Of a stretch of DNA of 64,000 bases, positions 1-11,193 are shown piece by piece. Location: positions 13,642,001-13,706,000 of the forward strand of contig CM059433.1 of NCBI GenBank assembly GCA_030390025.1, in the 5' to 3' direction. The notes beneath the pieces were generated by a model. The model was given only the letters and a program-made list of their open reading frames with translations, did no database searches and was not told the origin of the DNA. The DNA is from Squalus acanthias (lineage: Eukaryota). The position numbers and the translations under genes were made by a program. Each line of letters starts with the position of its first letter. Within the stretch, counting starts at the first letter, position 1.

Positions 1-627
1 TAACATGGGCCCCTGATTAAGAGGGTACAAACTTGTACTGGTTGTACCAGGGAGGATAGGGAAAAGAGATAAGACAAATTCCAATCGAAGAGCCTTCAGG
101 ATGTATAAACAGGAAAGATAAATTGGCAAAAAGAAAATGAAACCCCATTTTGGGGAGGGTTTTCCTCTGAGAGTTGAGACAAAGAACTCGACGTGCCATT
201 GGCCACCTTGATTTAGGAAGAACCCTTACAGGTCAGATAGTCCTGTCCATATCATACCTCAGGCCCACTCCTCAAAAGTGAATAAAAGAAAGAGCTAGAG
301 AGCTTTTTATCACAGATGGTGGAGGGGAGAGCCCTACAAGAGTGGGGCTGGTCCAACACGCTTCCGGGAGTGGACCCATTCTTAGAGGTTCTAGACAAGA
401 GGAAGAAAGGCCGTAAGCCGGAGAACTGTTCGTGCACACCAGCCATCTGTCCGATCAGGACCAGTACCAGCTATTGGTCACGGGCGTATGCTTTTGCTGT
501 ATAACTAGTGTGTTATATTCTGTCTTAAACTCGGATTAAGCACAATAACCCTTTTGCAATCCCTTTGTGATCACCAATTTGTAGAGATTAGCCAATTTGT
601 TGATATTAGTTTATCTCTGATCTTTCA
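1..627. mobile_element. Partial LTR-like repeat related to the solo LTR at 9599-11275, cut by the window edge
   Basis: About 100 bp at 445-546 (tctgtccgatc...cgtatgcttttgctgtataactagtgtgttata...ggattaagcacaat) aligns by eye with 10336-10435. Right boundary uncertain. Confidence 0.45.
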
Positions 628-1401
628 AATAATCAGGATCTATATGGTGGGAATATTGTGCCAACCTGGTGCATCATTTGGCAGCCAGGGTGCACAGCAT
701 CAAGTGAAGTAAATCTAGCCATGGTGAGGCCATCTCTGGTCTCCCAGGCAGCAAATTGGTCGGGTGCTGATGTCGTCTGTCCTGTGCAGCATCGGGTGAT
801 TGCGGAGAAGTGTGGTGGATTCTGAGGACCAAGGTGAGAGTGTATAAAGGGCACCCATGCTGATGGAATAGATGGCAGGTGAAGTGGAGATGACAGAAGC
901 GATCTGTCAATGGTGAGAGAGGTAATGAGGTCAGACTGGATGGAGACTTGTGTAAAGACTTGCAGCATTCTGAATCTGTTGTGGAAATGCAGTGAGGAAG
1001 AGTTTGTGGCTAAGGGAAGATATCTCTGTAAGGTGGGAGCTTTTACTGTACATAAGAAGCTGTCATCTCAACAGCTGATTCAATGGCCACTGAACTCCCG
1101 CCTCAGCTTGACAGACATGGTCCACGACCAGTGAGGACCCCGTGGGTGAGCTGTCCAATGCAAAAGGTGAGCTGAAATTAATTCTTAAGTGGCTCTAAAC
1201 AAGCTACTAATTACCTGAATTGGGTCCCCTGCTTTGAACCCGCCGCTGCGTGTCGGGTCTGCTCAGCACTGACATACCCGACATCGGGGAAAGGCGCGTG
1301 GCGGTGTGTGCACAGCAGGGCCCTGACCAGCTGGGGAAAGAAACACTTTCCCACCCGACCCACCACCGATCGTGCCCACTGACCCCCTGGAAAATCTAGA
1401 C

Positions 1402-1510
1402 CGTTAACTCTGTTTCTCTCTTCACAGATGCTGCCTGGGTCTGCTGAGTATTTCCAGCATTTTCTGTTTTTATTTTGGATTTCAAGCATTCGCAGTATTT
1501 TGCTTTTGTA
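1402..1510 (+). mobile_element. Penelope-like pseudo-LTR remnant
   Basis: cgttaactctgtttctctcttcacagatgctgcctg...gctgagtatttccagcattttctg is related to 12465-12555, which follows the GIY-YIG fragment. Confidence 0.5.
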
Positions 1511-1529
1511 CTGATGAGCATGTGTCACT

Positions 1530-1955
1530 TGATGGCACTATTGATGACTCCTTCCATGACTGATGATTGGGAGGAGGCTAATAGGGTGGTAATTGGCTGT
1601 TAGGTTTATCACTTTTTTTGTGGATAGCTCATACCTTTCACATTGTTGGTTAGATGCCAGTGTTCGAGCTGCAGAGGAACAGTTTGTCTAGGGGAGTGGG
1701 CAGGTCTGGTGCACAGGTCTTCAGCACTACAGCTGTGATGTTGTCAGGGCCCATAATCTTTGCTGTGGCCAGTGCACCCAGCTGCTTCTTATTGTACCAT
1801 AGAACTGAATTGACTGATTACTGTCATCTATGATGGCGGAGACCTCAGGAGGAGGCCCTGTAGGAATGCACTTTTGCCTGAAGATGCTTGTACCTGTCTC
1901 TTGCACTCAGGTGCTGGGCTCCATCATGGTTGAGGATGAGGATGTTCATGGAGCC
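1530..1955 (-). mobile_element. Old degraded fragment of the LINE family seen at 6157-8604 and 54186-56118
   Basis: Reverse complement resembles 7510-7990 (ctccatgaacatcctcatcctcaaccatgatggagcccagcacctgagtgcaagagaca; gggccctgacaacatc). Confidence 0.65.
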
Positions 1956-2446
1956 CAGCTCAGATGGTTTTCATACTGTTGAGGACCTTCATACAGTGCT
2001 ACGAATAGTATTGCTTGTTTTTGATTTTGTAAGAAAATTGTATATTATTCAGGAGAAAAACATGAACCGCATAAAACTGATCAAATCATAGGAGAAACAC
2101 AATTAATGATCGTCTGTGTTATATTTCTGAGTGCAACACTCAATCATTTCCACACCACTTTTTGATTTATTGAATATTAATATAGCAGACTTTTTTTCTG
2201 TTCTAGTTGTGCATGGATCATTATGTCAATAACAGCAGTAGTCATTTATTCAAAATCAAATCCTTTCAATATCTGAGTAGGAAAAACAGGACTGAAAAGA
2301 GCAAGAAGCATTAACATGTAATTCTGCAAACAAAAAGTATCTTATGGTCCATTCGGATTATATACGCGTAGGGTTCAGAAATGATGCAGCGATCGATTGT
2401 TTCACACGATTGAATATGTACAGAACTCTAAGATACAAATCTTTAC

Positions 2447-2617
2447 CTTTGCAGACTGGCGGAGTCCTGCTCCATCCCTTGACACTGCAGCTCAGCTCCT
2501 CTGGCCCGAGCAAGCGAAAACCATGATGACAGATGTATGAAATGATGGATTGTCCAGAACTGGTGCACAGCACAAATACTCCATCTTCTATTTGTGGTGG
2601 AGGCCCACATGATCCAA
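2447..2617 (-). CDS. TPO: Thyroid peroxidase coding exon (exon 13 equivalent), CCP/sushi domain, 171 bp
   Basis: gcttttAG / GTaaag. Encodes VGSCGPPPQIEDGVFVLC...YICHHGFRLLGPEELSCSVKGWSRTPPVCK. A sushi domain directly after the peroxidase domain distinguishes TPO from MPO/EPX/LPO/PXDN. Confidence 0.94.
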
Positions 2618-3372
2618 CTAAAAGCATAGAAATTGGAGATATCAAATAAAGCAAGCAAATTCATTTAGTGATTCATGCAAATTCTTCTAACAGGATCTTC
2701 ACTCGTTCAGTGTGGCTCATCATTTTTAACCTGGCTTTCCTCTTCTTAATAGGCACAGTTTTGACCTTTGCAGCTATAATCTTTTCTTCACTTCTGCCCA
2801 TGGCTTTTTAAATCCCCTAACTTTTATTTCAATAGCTGTTTGAAATGATTATTTTTGATAACAGAAATCAATGTATATGTCACAGTAAAGGTTAGCTAAT
2901 TTGTGTTAAAAATTAATGCATCAAATCCAAGTTAAAACTTTACAATGGCCATTGGCAGAATAATAATGCGTATTGTACAGGTGGCATTGTGATCGTTCAA
3001 TCTTTGACATGCTTATCCACATCAAACAGGAAGGGGCTGTCAACAAACAAACTCATTGATGCCTCCCAGAGGAAGAGTGCACGCAAAGGAGTAAGATCAT
3101 CAAAGGTGCACTAATGGTTTGTCTATTATTTACATCTAATAGACAAAAGCTATTACTTGTCATGTTAAGTGCACACTATAGTAGAGAAAGCCTTAATGAT
3201 TGGGGCCTGATTTGCATATTTAAAGTGGACCCCACCGGCTTGGGGTGGGTGCCCTTACCGCCTGCAATTTTAAATTGGTCAGATCTGGGCGGGAAAAAAG
3301 TGGGTAAGTCCCATGCTCCATTTTAACTTCCCACCCCACCGCCCCGGTCTGGTTTCAGCCAGGTGTCAGGCT

Positions 3373-3605
3373 GGGGGGGATGGTGGGGGGGGGGGGGGAG
3401 GGGGGGGGGGAGGAGGGGGGGGGGAGGAGGGGGGGTGGTGGGGGGGAGGGGGGGGGCGCGGGGGGGGGGAGGAGGGGGGGAGGGGAGGAGGGGGGGAGGG
3501 GAGGAGGGGGGGGAGGAGGGAGGGAGGGGGAGGGAGGAGGGGGGGGGCGGAGGGGGGGGGGAGGGGAGGAGGGGGGGGGGAGGAGGGGGGGGAGGGGAGG
3601 AGGGA
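3373..3605 (+). repeat. Poly-purine G-rich low-complexity tract (GGA/GGGGA runs)
   Basis: About 230 bp almost entirely G with interspersed A. Confidence 0.95.
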
Positions 3606-3729
3606 GTTAAAATCAAGGCCATAATGTTGAACAACTGTGAGGCAGACAGTATCTCAGTGGAGAGGGATCCTAAGCAAGATGGATCAGAGGAATACCCACG
3701 AAGGTTAAAAGCAGATGGACCACAAAAGT

Positions 3730-3995
3730 AAGGTAGCAATGGTAGATTCTAGTCAGGGGAATAGTCAGGCCCTTTTTGCAGTCATGACTAGGAGTCCTGA
3801 ATGGTCTCTTGCCTCTCTGGTGTCAGGGTGCAGGACATCATGAAACGGGTGGAAAAACTTTTGGGAAGAGAGAGAAAACAGCCAAAGCCATGGTCCATAT
3901 AAGAACTATGACAACTGTAGAAGTACACGTGAGGTCTTGCGCAAAGTGAATTTAAGAAGTTAAACACGAGATTGAAAAATAAGACTTCAAGGGTG
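3730..3995 (+). mobile_element. Degraded CR1 ORF1 (esterase-like) fragment
   Basis: Broken frames give ..DS..RG..FCSHD.ES.MVSCLSGVRVQDIMKRVEKLLGRE..MVHIRT.D, resembling the CR1 ORF1 SGNH esterase region. Confidence 0.6.
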
Positions 3996-4172
3996 CTGTA
4001 AACTTCTCTGGGTTTATGGCCACAAAACTACAGATATGTTAATGCACTGTCCCATCGTGCTCCCAATTTTATTTTAATATTTTCTGCCAGCTGATCAGCT
4101 GGATTTGTTCTGCCCTTCTGAGGGTTATGACAGCATGGTATGCAATCAAAAAGTGTGTAACAGTAAACGTAC

Positions 4173-4381
4173 CTTGTTGAGGATTTTCATGCCATGCCTG
4201 AAGGTTCAGCCCATGAACTTGATCACACCGTACAAAACTTTGTGGGAACTGCCCTAATCGGAAAGCATCCAATGGCACCTCAGTGATTGCAGTGTTGTCA
4301 CAAATTACACGGGACAGTGAATGCTGGGAAAGTTCACGTCTTTGAGCTGATGTGAAGACACCAGGATTTTCCCACCAAAAC
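4173..4381 (-). CDS. TPO: Thyroid peroxidase coding exon (exon 12 equivalent), 209 bp
   Basis: ctcctcAG / GTacgt. Encodes [69 protein letters not shown]. Confidence 0.96.
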
Positions 4382-4845
4382 CTGAGGAGCAGGGAGCAGG
4401 TTTTCTTACATTATTAGCACAGAGTAGGAGTGAGTGCAAACATTGTTTTTTTTCCCCCAGGGTTTCAAATGATAACAGAAATCAGGAGCATCAAACCTGA
4501 ACACTTGGTTGTCATCTGGGATTAGTTTCAAACCATTTCGCCTCCCATTACTTCCATAATCTGCCAGATAGGAAAGTTGTTCATTTCTTTTTCTTACTTT
4601 TAGCAGTGTTATTTATCACATTTATTTACTTATTATATATACTGCAGTCATTACTGAAGACTTTGAGCAGCACTTCTGGTCGCATAAGCTGCACTATCGG
4701 TTGACCAGTGTGGCCAGTTTGCAGAGAGGCTCATCACGATATATAAAGAAATCGTAAAACATTGAGGAGTACCAACATAGAAGATTGAACAACTGGCAGA
4801 AGAATGGAAGGAGGGTGTCGTACTCCACAGGGAGCTGTCAGTAAT

Positions 4846-5373
4846 ACATAAGAACATAAGAATTGGAGCAGGAGTAGGCCATTTGGCCCTTCGAGCCTGC
4901 TGCATCACTGAATAAGATCATGGCTGATCTTCTACATCAACTCCACGTTCCCGGACTATCCCCATATCCCTTAGTATCCAAAAATCTATCGATCTCTGTC
5001 TTGAAATATACTCAATAACTGAGCATCCACAGCCCTCTGGGGTAGAGAATTCCAAAGATTTACAAGTAATTTCTCCTCATATCAGTCCTAAATGGCCAAC
5101 CCCTTATTCTGAGACTGTGACCCCTAGTGCTAGACTCCCCAGTCAGGGAAAACATCCTCCCTGCATCTACCCTGTCAAGCCCCCTCAGAATTTTATATGT
5201 TTCAATGAGATCAACACTCATTCTTCTAAACTCTAGGCAATATAGGCCCAGTCTACTCAATCTCTCCTCATAGGACAATCCCTCCATCCCAGGAACCAGT
5301 CTAGTGAACCTTTGTTGCACTCCCTCTAAGGCAAGTGTATCCTTCCTTAGGTTAAGAGACCTAAAACTGTACA
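4846..5373 (-). mobile_element. CR1 LINE 3' fragment with (TTCTTATG)n tail
   Basis: ORF 5060..5386 LEGVQQRFTRLVPGMEGLSYEERLSRLGLY; typical 3'UTR and acataagaacataag tail. Confidence 0.92.
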
Positions 5374-5765
5374 CATAGTAGAACAAAAGATAACCAGAAA
5401 CCTAAACAAATGGTGCAATGCATCATTGTGATACAGCTCCACCTCTGAAAAAACCTCAATGCTGAATTATGCTGAATTATCAGTAGAGACCAGTTAAATT
5501 AAAATACGAGCAGAAGCAAGTTGATTGGAGGTATGCTGTTGAACAACACTTCAGTAGAGGACAAGTGGAATACCTGTAAATTTATAATGCTGAGCCGGAA
5601 AGCACATAAAGAATGACCAATACATGGAATGTACTTGCAGATAGAACAGTGGAAATGAAAACAATGGAATTACTTGAGAAACAACTGCGTGTTGCACTGG
5701 GAGCAGTGCAAGATCTTTCTTGATGGCTGAACTAAGATGGGTTGAATCTGGAATTATTGTGGTTA

Positions 5766-5865
5766 AGGAAAAGAAAGAATTTGCATTTATATAGTGCTTT
5801 TCACACCCCAGGTTGTCCCAAAGAACTTTATAGCCCATGAATTGCTTTTAAAGTGCAGTCACATT
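5766..5865 (-). mobile_element. Deu-domain/L2-tailed SINE 3' end
   Basis: Reverse complement ...ctttgggacaacctggggtgtgaaaagcactatataaatgcaaattctttcttt is related to 12875-12983 and 31345-31520. Confidence 0.65.
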
Positions 5866-6156
5866 TTAAAATGTGATTACACTTGTGACGGCATCACAAT
5901 AAGATTGCAAGGAATTCATCTTCAGTAATTTCCCAGGAGATAACAATAGATTCTTCTATTGTCTGAGGCATATTATCCAGATTCTACGGAGGAGAAATTG
6001 ATTAGTGCCCGACTACTGGTGCTAACTGGGCACCGCGACTACAGTGTATGTCTGAAAAGGTTGGCCCAATGATTGCCCGAAATTGGTCCTGGAGCCTCAT
6101 GACTAAGAAACTTGCGAGCTGATGTCACCAATCAGGCATCTCGATGCAGCTTGCCA

Positions 6157-7232
6157 GGATGGAGGGTGTCCTCAGTGTGAAGACGGGACTTCATCTCCAC
6201 AAGGACTATGCGGCGGTCACTGCTACCAATGCTGTCATGGACAGATGCATCTGCGACAAGTAGCTTGGTGAGGACGAGGTCAAGTAGGTTTTTCCCTGGT
6301 GTTGGTTCTCTCACCACCTGTCGCAGGCCCAGACTGGCAGCTATGTCCTTCAGGACTCGGCGAGCTCGGTCAGTAGTGGTGCTACCGAGCCACTCTCGGT
6401 GATGGACATTGAAGCCCCCCCACCCAGAGTACATTGTGTGCACTTGCTACTCTCAGCACTTCTTCCAAGTGGTGTACAACATGGAGGAGTACTGATTCAT
6501 CAGCTGAGGGAGGGCGGTAGGTGGTAATCAGCAGGAGGTTTCCTTGCCCATGCTTGACCTGAAGCCATGAGACTTCATGGGGTCTGGAGTCAATGTTGAG
6601 GACTCCCAGGATTATTCCTTCCCGACTGTATACCACTGTGCCGCCACCCCTGGTAGGTCTGTTCTGCCGGTGGGACAGGACCTACGCAGGGATGGCGATG
6701 GAGGAGTTTGGGACATTTGGCTGAAAGGTATGATTCTGTGAGTATGACCATGTCAGGCTGTTGCTTGACTAGTCTGTAGGACAGCTCTCCCAATTTTGGC
6801 TATTGTCCCCAGATGTTGGTGAGGAGGACTTTGCAGGGTCGACTGGGCTGGGTGTACCATTGTCGTGTCCGTAGCCGGTGCCGAGTGGTCTGTCCAGTTT
6901 TATTCTTATTGTTTCTCGTAGTGTTTTTTTACAACTGAGTGGCTTGTTAGGCCATTTCAGAGGGCAGTTAAGAGTAAACTACATTGCTGTGGTTCTGGAG
7001 TCACATATAGGCCAGACCAGGTAAGATGGCAGATTTCCTTCCCTAAAGGACATTAGTGAACTAGATGGATTTGTACGACAATCCGATAGTTTCATGGTCA
7101 CCATTACTGATATATTTAATTAAATGAATTTAAATTGCCCAGCTGCCATGGTGGGATTTGAACTCACGTGTCGGGATCATTAGCCCAGGCCTCTAGATTA
7201 CTAATCCAGTAACATAACCACAATGCTACCAT
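6157..7232 (-). mobile_element. Inverted 5' part of a CR1-group non-LTR retrotransposon: tRNA-like head, 5'UTR and AP endonuclease (frameshifted)
   Basis: A-box-like tagcattgtgg (7218-7228) and B-box gttcaaatc (7155-7163). Followed by KVLLTNIWG..GELSYRLVKQQPDMVILTESYL, TYRPPSAD, GFNVHH, NLLDLVLT and SD motifs. Confidence 0.88.
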
Positions 7233-7233
7233 T

Positions 7234-8604
7234 CCATCACTCTATCATTACCATCAAGCCAGGGGACTAACCCTGGTTCAATAAGGAGTATAGAAGAACA
7301 TGCCAGGAGCAGCACCAGGTGTACCTAAAAATGCAGTGCTAACCGGGGAAGCTGCAACACAGGACTACATGCATGCTAAAAAGCGGAAGCAGCATGCTAT
7401 AGACAGAGCTAAGCGATCCCACAATCAACGGATCAGATCAAAGCTCTGCAGTCCTGCCAAATCCAGTCGTGAATGGTGGTGGACCATTAAACAACTAACG
7501 GGAGAAGGAGGCTCCATGAATATCCCCACCCTCAATGATGGTGGAGCCCAGCACGTGAGTGCAAAAGACAAAGCTGAAGCGTTTGCAACCACCTTCAGCC
7601 AGAAGTGCCGAGTGGATGATCCATATCGGCCTCCTCCTGAGATCCCCACCACCACAGAATCCAGTCTTCAGCCAATTCGATTCTCTCCACATGATATCAA
7701 GAAACGGCTGAGCGCACTGGATACAGCAAAGGCTATGGGCCCCGACAACATCCCGGCTATCGTGCTGAAGACTTGTGCTCCAGAACTAGCCGCTCCTCTA
7801 GCCAAGCTGTTCCAGTACAGCTATAACACTGGCATCTATCCGACAATGTGGAAAACTGCCCAGGTTTGTCCTGTCCACAAAAAGCAGGACAAATCCAATC
7901 CAGCCAATTAATGCCCCATCAGTCGACTCTCAATCATCAGCAAAGTGATGGAAGGTGTCCTCGACAGTGCTATCAAGCAGCACTTACTCACCAATAACCT
8001 GCTCACTAATGCACAGTTGGGTTCCGCCAGGACCACTCGGCTCCAGACCTCATTACAGCCTTGGTCCAAACATGGACAAAAAAGCTAATTCCAGAGGTGA
8101 GGTGAGAGTGACTGCCCTTGACATCAAGGCAGCATTTGACCGAGTGTGGCATCAAGGAGCCCTAGTAAAACTGAAGTCAATGGGAATCAAGGGGAAAACT
8201 CTACACTGGCTGGAAGATGGTTGTGGTGGTTGGAGGTCAATCATCACAGCCTCAGGACATCACTGCAGGAGTTCCTCAGAGCATTGTCCTAGGCCCAACC
8301 ATCTTCAGCTGCTTCATCAATGACCTTCCCTCTATCATAATATCAGAAGTGGGGATGTTCGCTGATGGCTGCACAGTGTTCAGTGTCATTTGCAACTCCT
8401 CAGATAATGAAGCAGTCCATGCCCGCATGCAGCAAGACCTGGACGACATTCAGGCTTGGGCTGATAAGTGGCAAGTAACATTTGCGCCACACAAGTGCCA
8501 GGCAATGACTATCTCCAATAAGCGAGCATCTAATCACCGCCCCTTGACATTCAATGGCATTACCATCGCCGAATCCCCCACCATCAATATCCTGGGGGTC
8601 ACCA
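7234..8604 (+). mobile_element. Same LINE, RT region (disrupted, 3' end missing)
   Basis: ORFs 7300..7911, 7955..8323 and 8217..8711: KAMGPDNIP, ALDIKAAFDRVWH, GVPQSIVLGP, MFAD(G). Confidence 0.92.
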
Positions 8605-8974
8605 GTGAACAACTTGCAATGCATTGTTTCATCATGCTTGTTAGAGATGCTTTGCTTGTCCAGACCAGGAAATTAATTTACTTTCTCATAGAAAAAAACA
8701 TAGCAACATGAGAGACCCTTTCTCCTTTACAGACTGGCTGGATTCCCCAAAGTACAGGCCATTATTGATTGCATACATATGGCCATATAGGTCCCAAGCC
8801 CCAATTCCACCTCTTCATGAATGAAAAGAAATACCACTTAATGAACATACAGCTGTTCTGTGAGCAAAGGTACAGAATAAAGTAGGTGAATGTCTTTTAC
8901 CCTGGCAGTTGCCATGATTCAGTCATTTTATGACAATCTATGGTGACCATTATTTCAAGGGAAAGGAAGACTAA

Positions 8975-9195
8975 ATGTATGACTGCTGGAGACCAAAGCT
9001 ATACGCTGCAGCCATGACTGCTTACCTCATTGAGAGACCTAAAGACAAGACCTGAAGAGTGATATAATGAGGCACATGCAGCTGAGTCTTGGCATCCTGA
9101 AGGGAAGATTGAAATGCTTAGGTGGATCGGGGGGAGTGCTACAGTACGCTTGACCCAAGGTTTTCAAAGCTATTGTTGCCTGATGCATCATCCAC
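8975..9195 (+). mobile_element. Degraded PIF/Harbinger transposase C-terminal relic
   Basis: LLETKAI/LLGDQSYTLQP*LLT...YNEAH...LGILKGRLKCLGGSGG across broken frames, parallel to GDTGYRLQTWLMTP...YNESH...IGMLKMHFRCL at 49800-49950. Confidence 0.6.
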
Positions 9196-10257
9196 ATTTT
9201 TATCCTGCAAAAGTGCCTTGCCATGGAGCAGGCAAGAGAAGACAAGCAGCAGAACAGAGGCAGAAATTGACCCTCACCAGGAGATCGAAGACTGCCCAAG
9301 AAATTGCTCACTCATAGCCACAAGACACAACTCCTAGCCTCTTGCTATTAAATATTAATGGTTTTATTGGCTAATGAAAAGTGGGAGTTACACGGTGATC
9401 TTTTTGTGTCCAGTTATGACACACCAATATCATAAGAAAGAAATGAGCCAGAAAAGGCCATTCAACCCATTAGCTATCTTCCTTCCACTGACCATGTACA
9501 ATCCATTCTATTTCAGATTTTGTTCAACCTATGGCGGGAATTGTCTGAGTTTGTGCTGCTGGCAGAAAGGCTCTCCCAGAGGCTGCATGCAACAGGAATG
9601 TTAGAAACTAAAAATGCCTAAAAATGTACATGGTTATGCGGTTAAAACTGTGACGTGAAAAATGCTGTGTTTAAATAGTTATGTTTGAATTGCAGACAGA
9701 AATTCTCCTTGGGACAGATGAATGCTTAGAAGTACTAATGTTTTGGTTTCCTACGGAGGTACAATCTCCCTGTTGCTAAGCTATTATCTGATGTTTTTAA
9801 GTTAAGACTTAAACCTTGTTTATGTATTTTATGTATAATGCTAAGGTAGGATTTGAAGTTGGCTTAACAGAACTGCTTGCGAAGATAACGAAAGGAAGTT
9901 TGGGGAAATTAATGTCAACATTGGCTATGTCATAAAGGAGGTAACACTCTGAAGTGAATAGGTTTCTAGTTGGCCTCTTGAGGTCAAAGAAGGATACGGA
10001 CGAAAGAATTAAGACATGAATTCCACATGAAGGAAACCCTGGGAAAATATAAACAGAGAAAGACATGTGGCCAAAATGTGTTACATCTTTAGGGCAGGCT
10101 TTGACACCAGAATCGAGACAAAGAACTAGAAGTTCCATTAGATATTAAGGTTTTTGGGGAACTTCTATATGTCAAAAGGTCTTGTCAATATCCAGGTTCA
10201 GGCCCACCCCTAAAAGTAGAATAAAAGTGACCTTCCAAAAGCTTGTACTCACAGATG

Positions 10258-10258
10258 G

Positions 10259-10290
<32 letters not shown>
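10258..10290 (+). repeat. (GA)n microsatellite
   Basis: aagagaaagagagagagagagagagaaaga. Confidence 0.85.
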
Positions 10291-10291
<1 letters not shown>

Positions 10292-10435
10292 GTTCTAGAT
10301 GAAAGGAAGTAGAGAATTTCTCACGCGTGTTACCGTCTGTCCGATCGGCTCAGTATCAGCTTTTTGTCACGGTCGTATGTTTTTGCTGTATAACTAATGT
10401 GTTATACTCCGTCTTAAATCCTGATTAAACACAAT

Positions 10436-11193
10436 GGCCCAGAAATTCCGTTCCCTACGGGTATGGACGCGCTGTGTACTCACCCGTAGGGCCAACGGAA
10501 GTGCCGGTTTTACGCATGCACTGCGCATGCGCTGGAAACCGGAACTTCCGGTCTGTGAAGAAAGGGCTTGACAGGTCAAATGCCTGCGCTGGAGCAGGGC
10601 CTCTGCGGGTGGAGACTTCCGTTTTTTGGAGACCCTCCGCCCGCAGAAAACACTTACGATTCTTGCGCCTGTAAAAGCAGGCACAAGGCCTGCTTTTACC
10701 AGGCTAAGAGTTGAAGAAAGTAAAAAATAAAAATTTTTACCACTGATTTATCATTTTAAAATACTTTAAAGAAAGGTACGTTTATTTTTAGCCCCGTTAA
10801 AAACTTTAATTATTTTTTTCAAAAATAAAATTTTTTGTTTAAAATAGTTAATTTATGTAATTTATAGTCATTGTAAAAATGTGATTTAAAAAAAAAAAAT
10901 TTGAAGTTTTACTTATGTTTTGGGGGTGATCTCTATTCATAGATTTGACAGGTCTTCCTGTCAAATCTATGAATGGAGATTCCCTGCTCCGATTGGCTCC
11001 CCATGGCCCACGTGATCCCAGGGACGCTGCAAACTACCTGCGCCCCTGGGATATACGTGCCCTGCACACAGGCAGTTTGAAGAGGCACAGCAACGGAATT
11101 CTGCGCCTCCCGGGAGCCCTCCGGTCCAGACGGAGATTTTTCCAAATCGCAGCCCTCCGCCCGCGGGAGGGCTGCGAACGGAATTTCTGGGCC
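10436..11193 (+). mobile_element. Harbinger-type MITE family B, copy 1 (758 bp)
   Basis: Perfect 18-bp TIR ggcccagaaattccgttc, 3-bp TSD AAT, GC-rich ends and AT-rich core. Confidence 0.9.

Noticed and set aside
3313..3739. Gly-rich and Pro-rich ORFs
   Set aside because: Translations of a low-complexity G tract; no splice or domain support.
7150..7232. tRNA gene
   Set aside because: A/B boxes are present but I could not fold a convincing cloverleaf, and the sequence continues into a retroposon body shared with 62184-62545.
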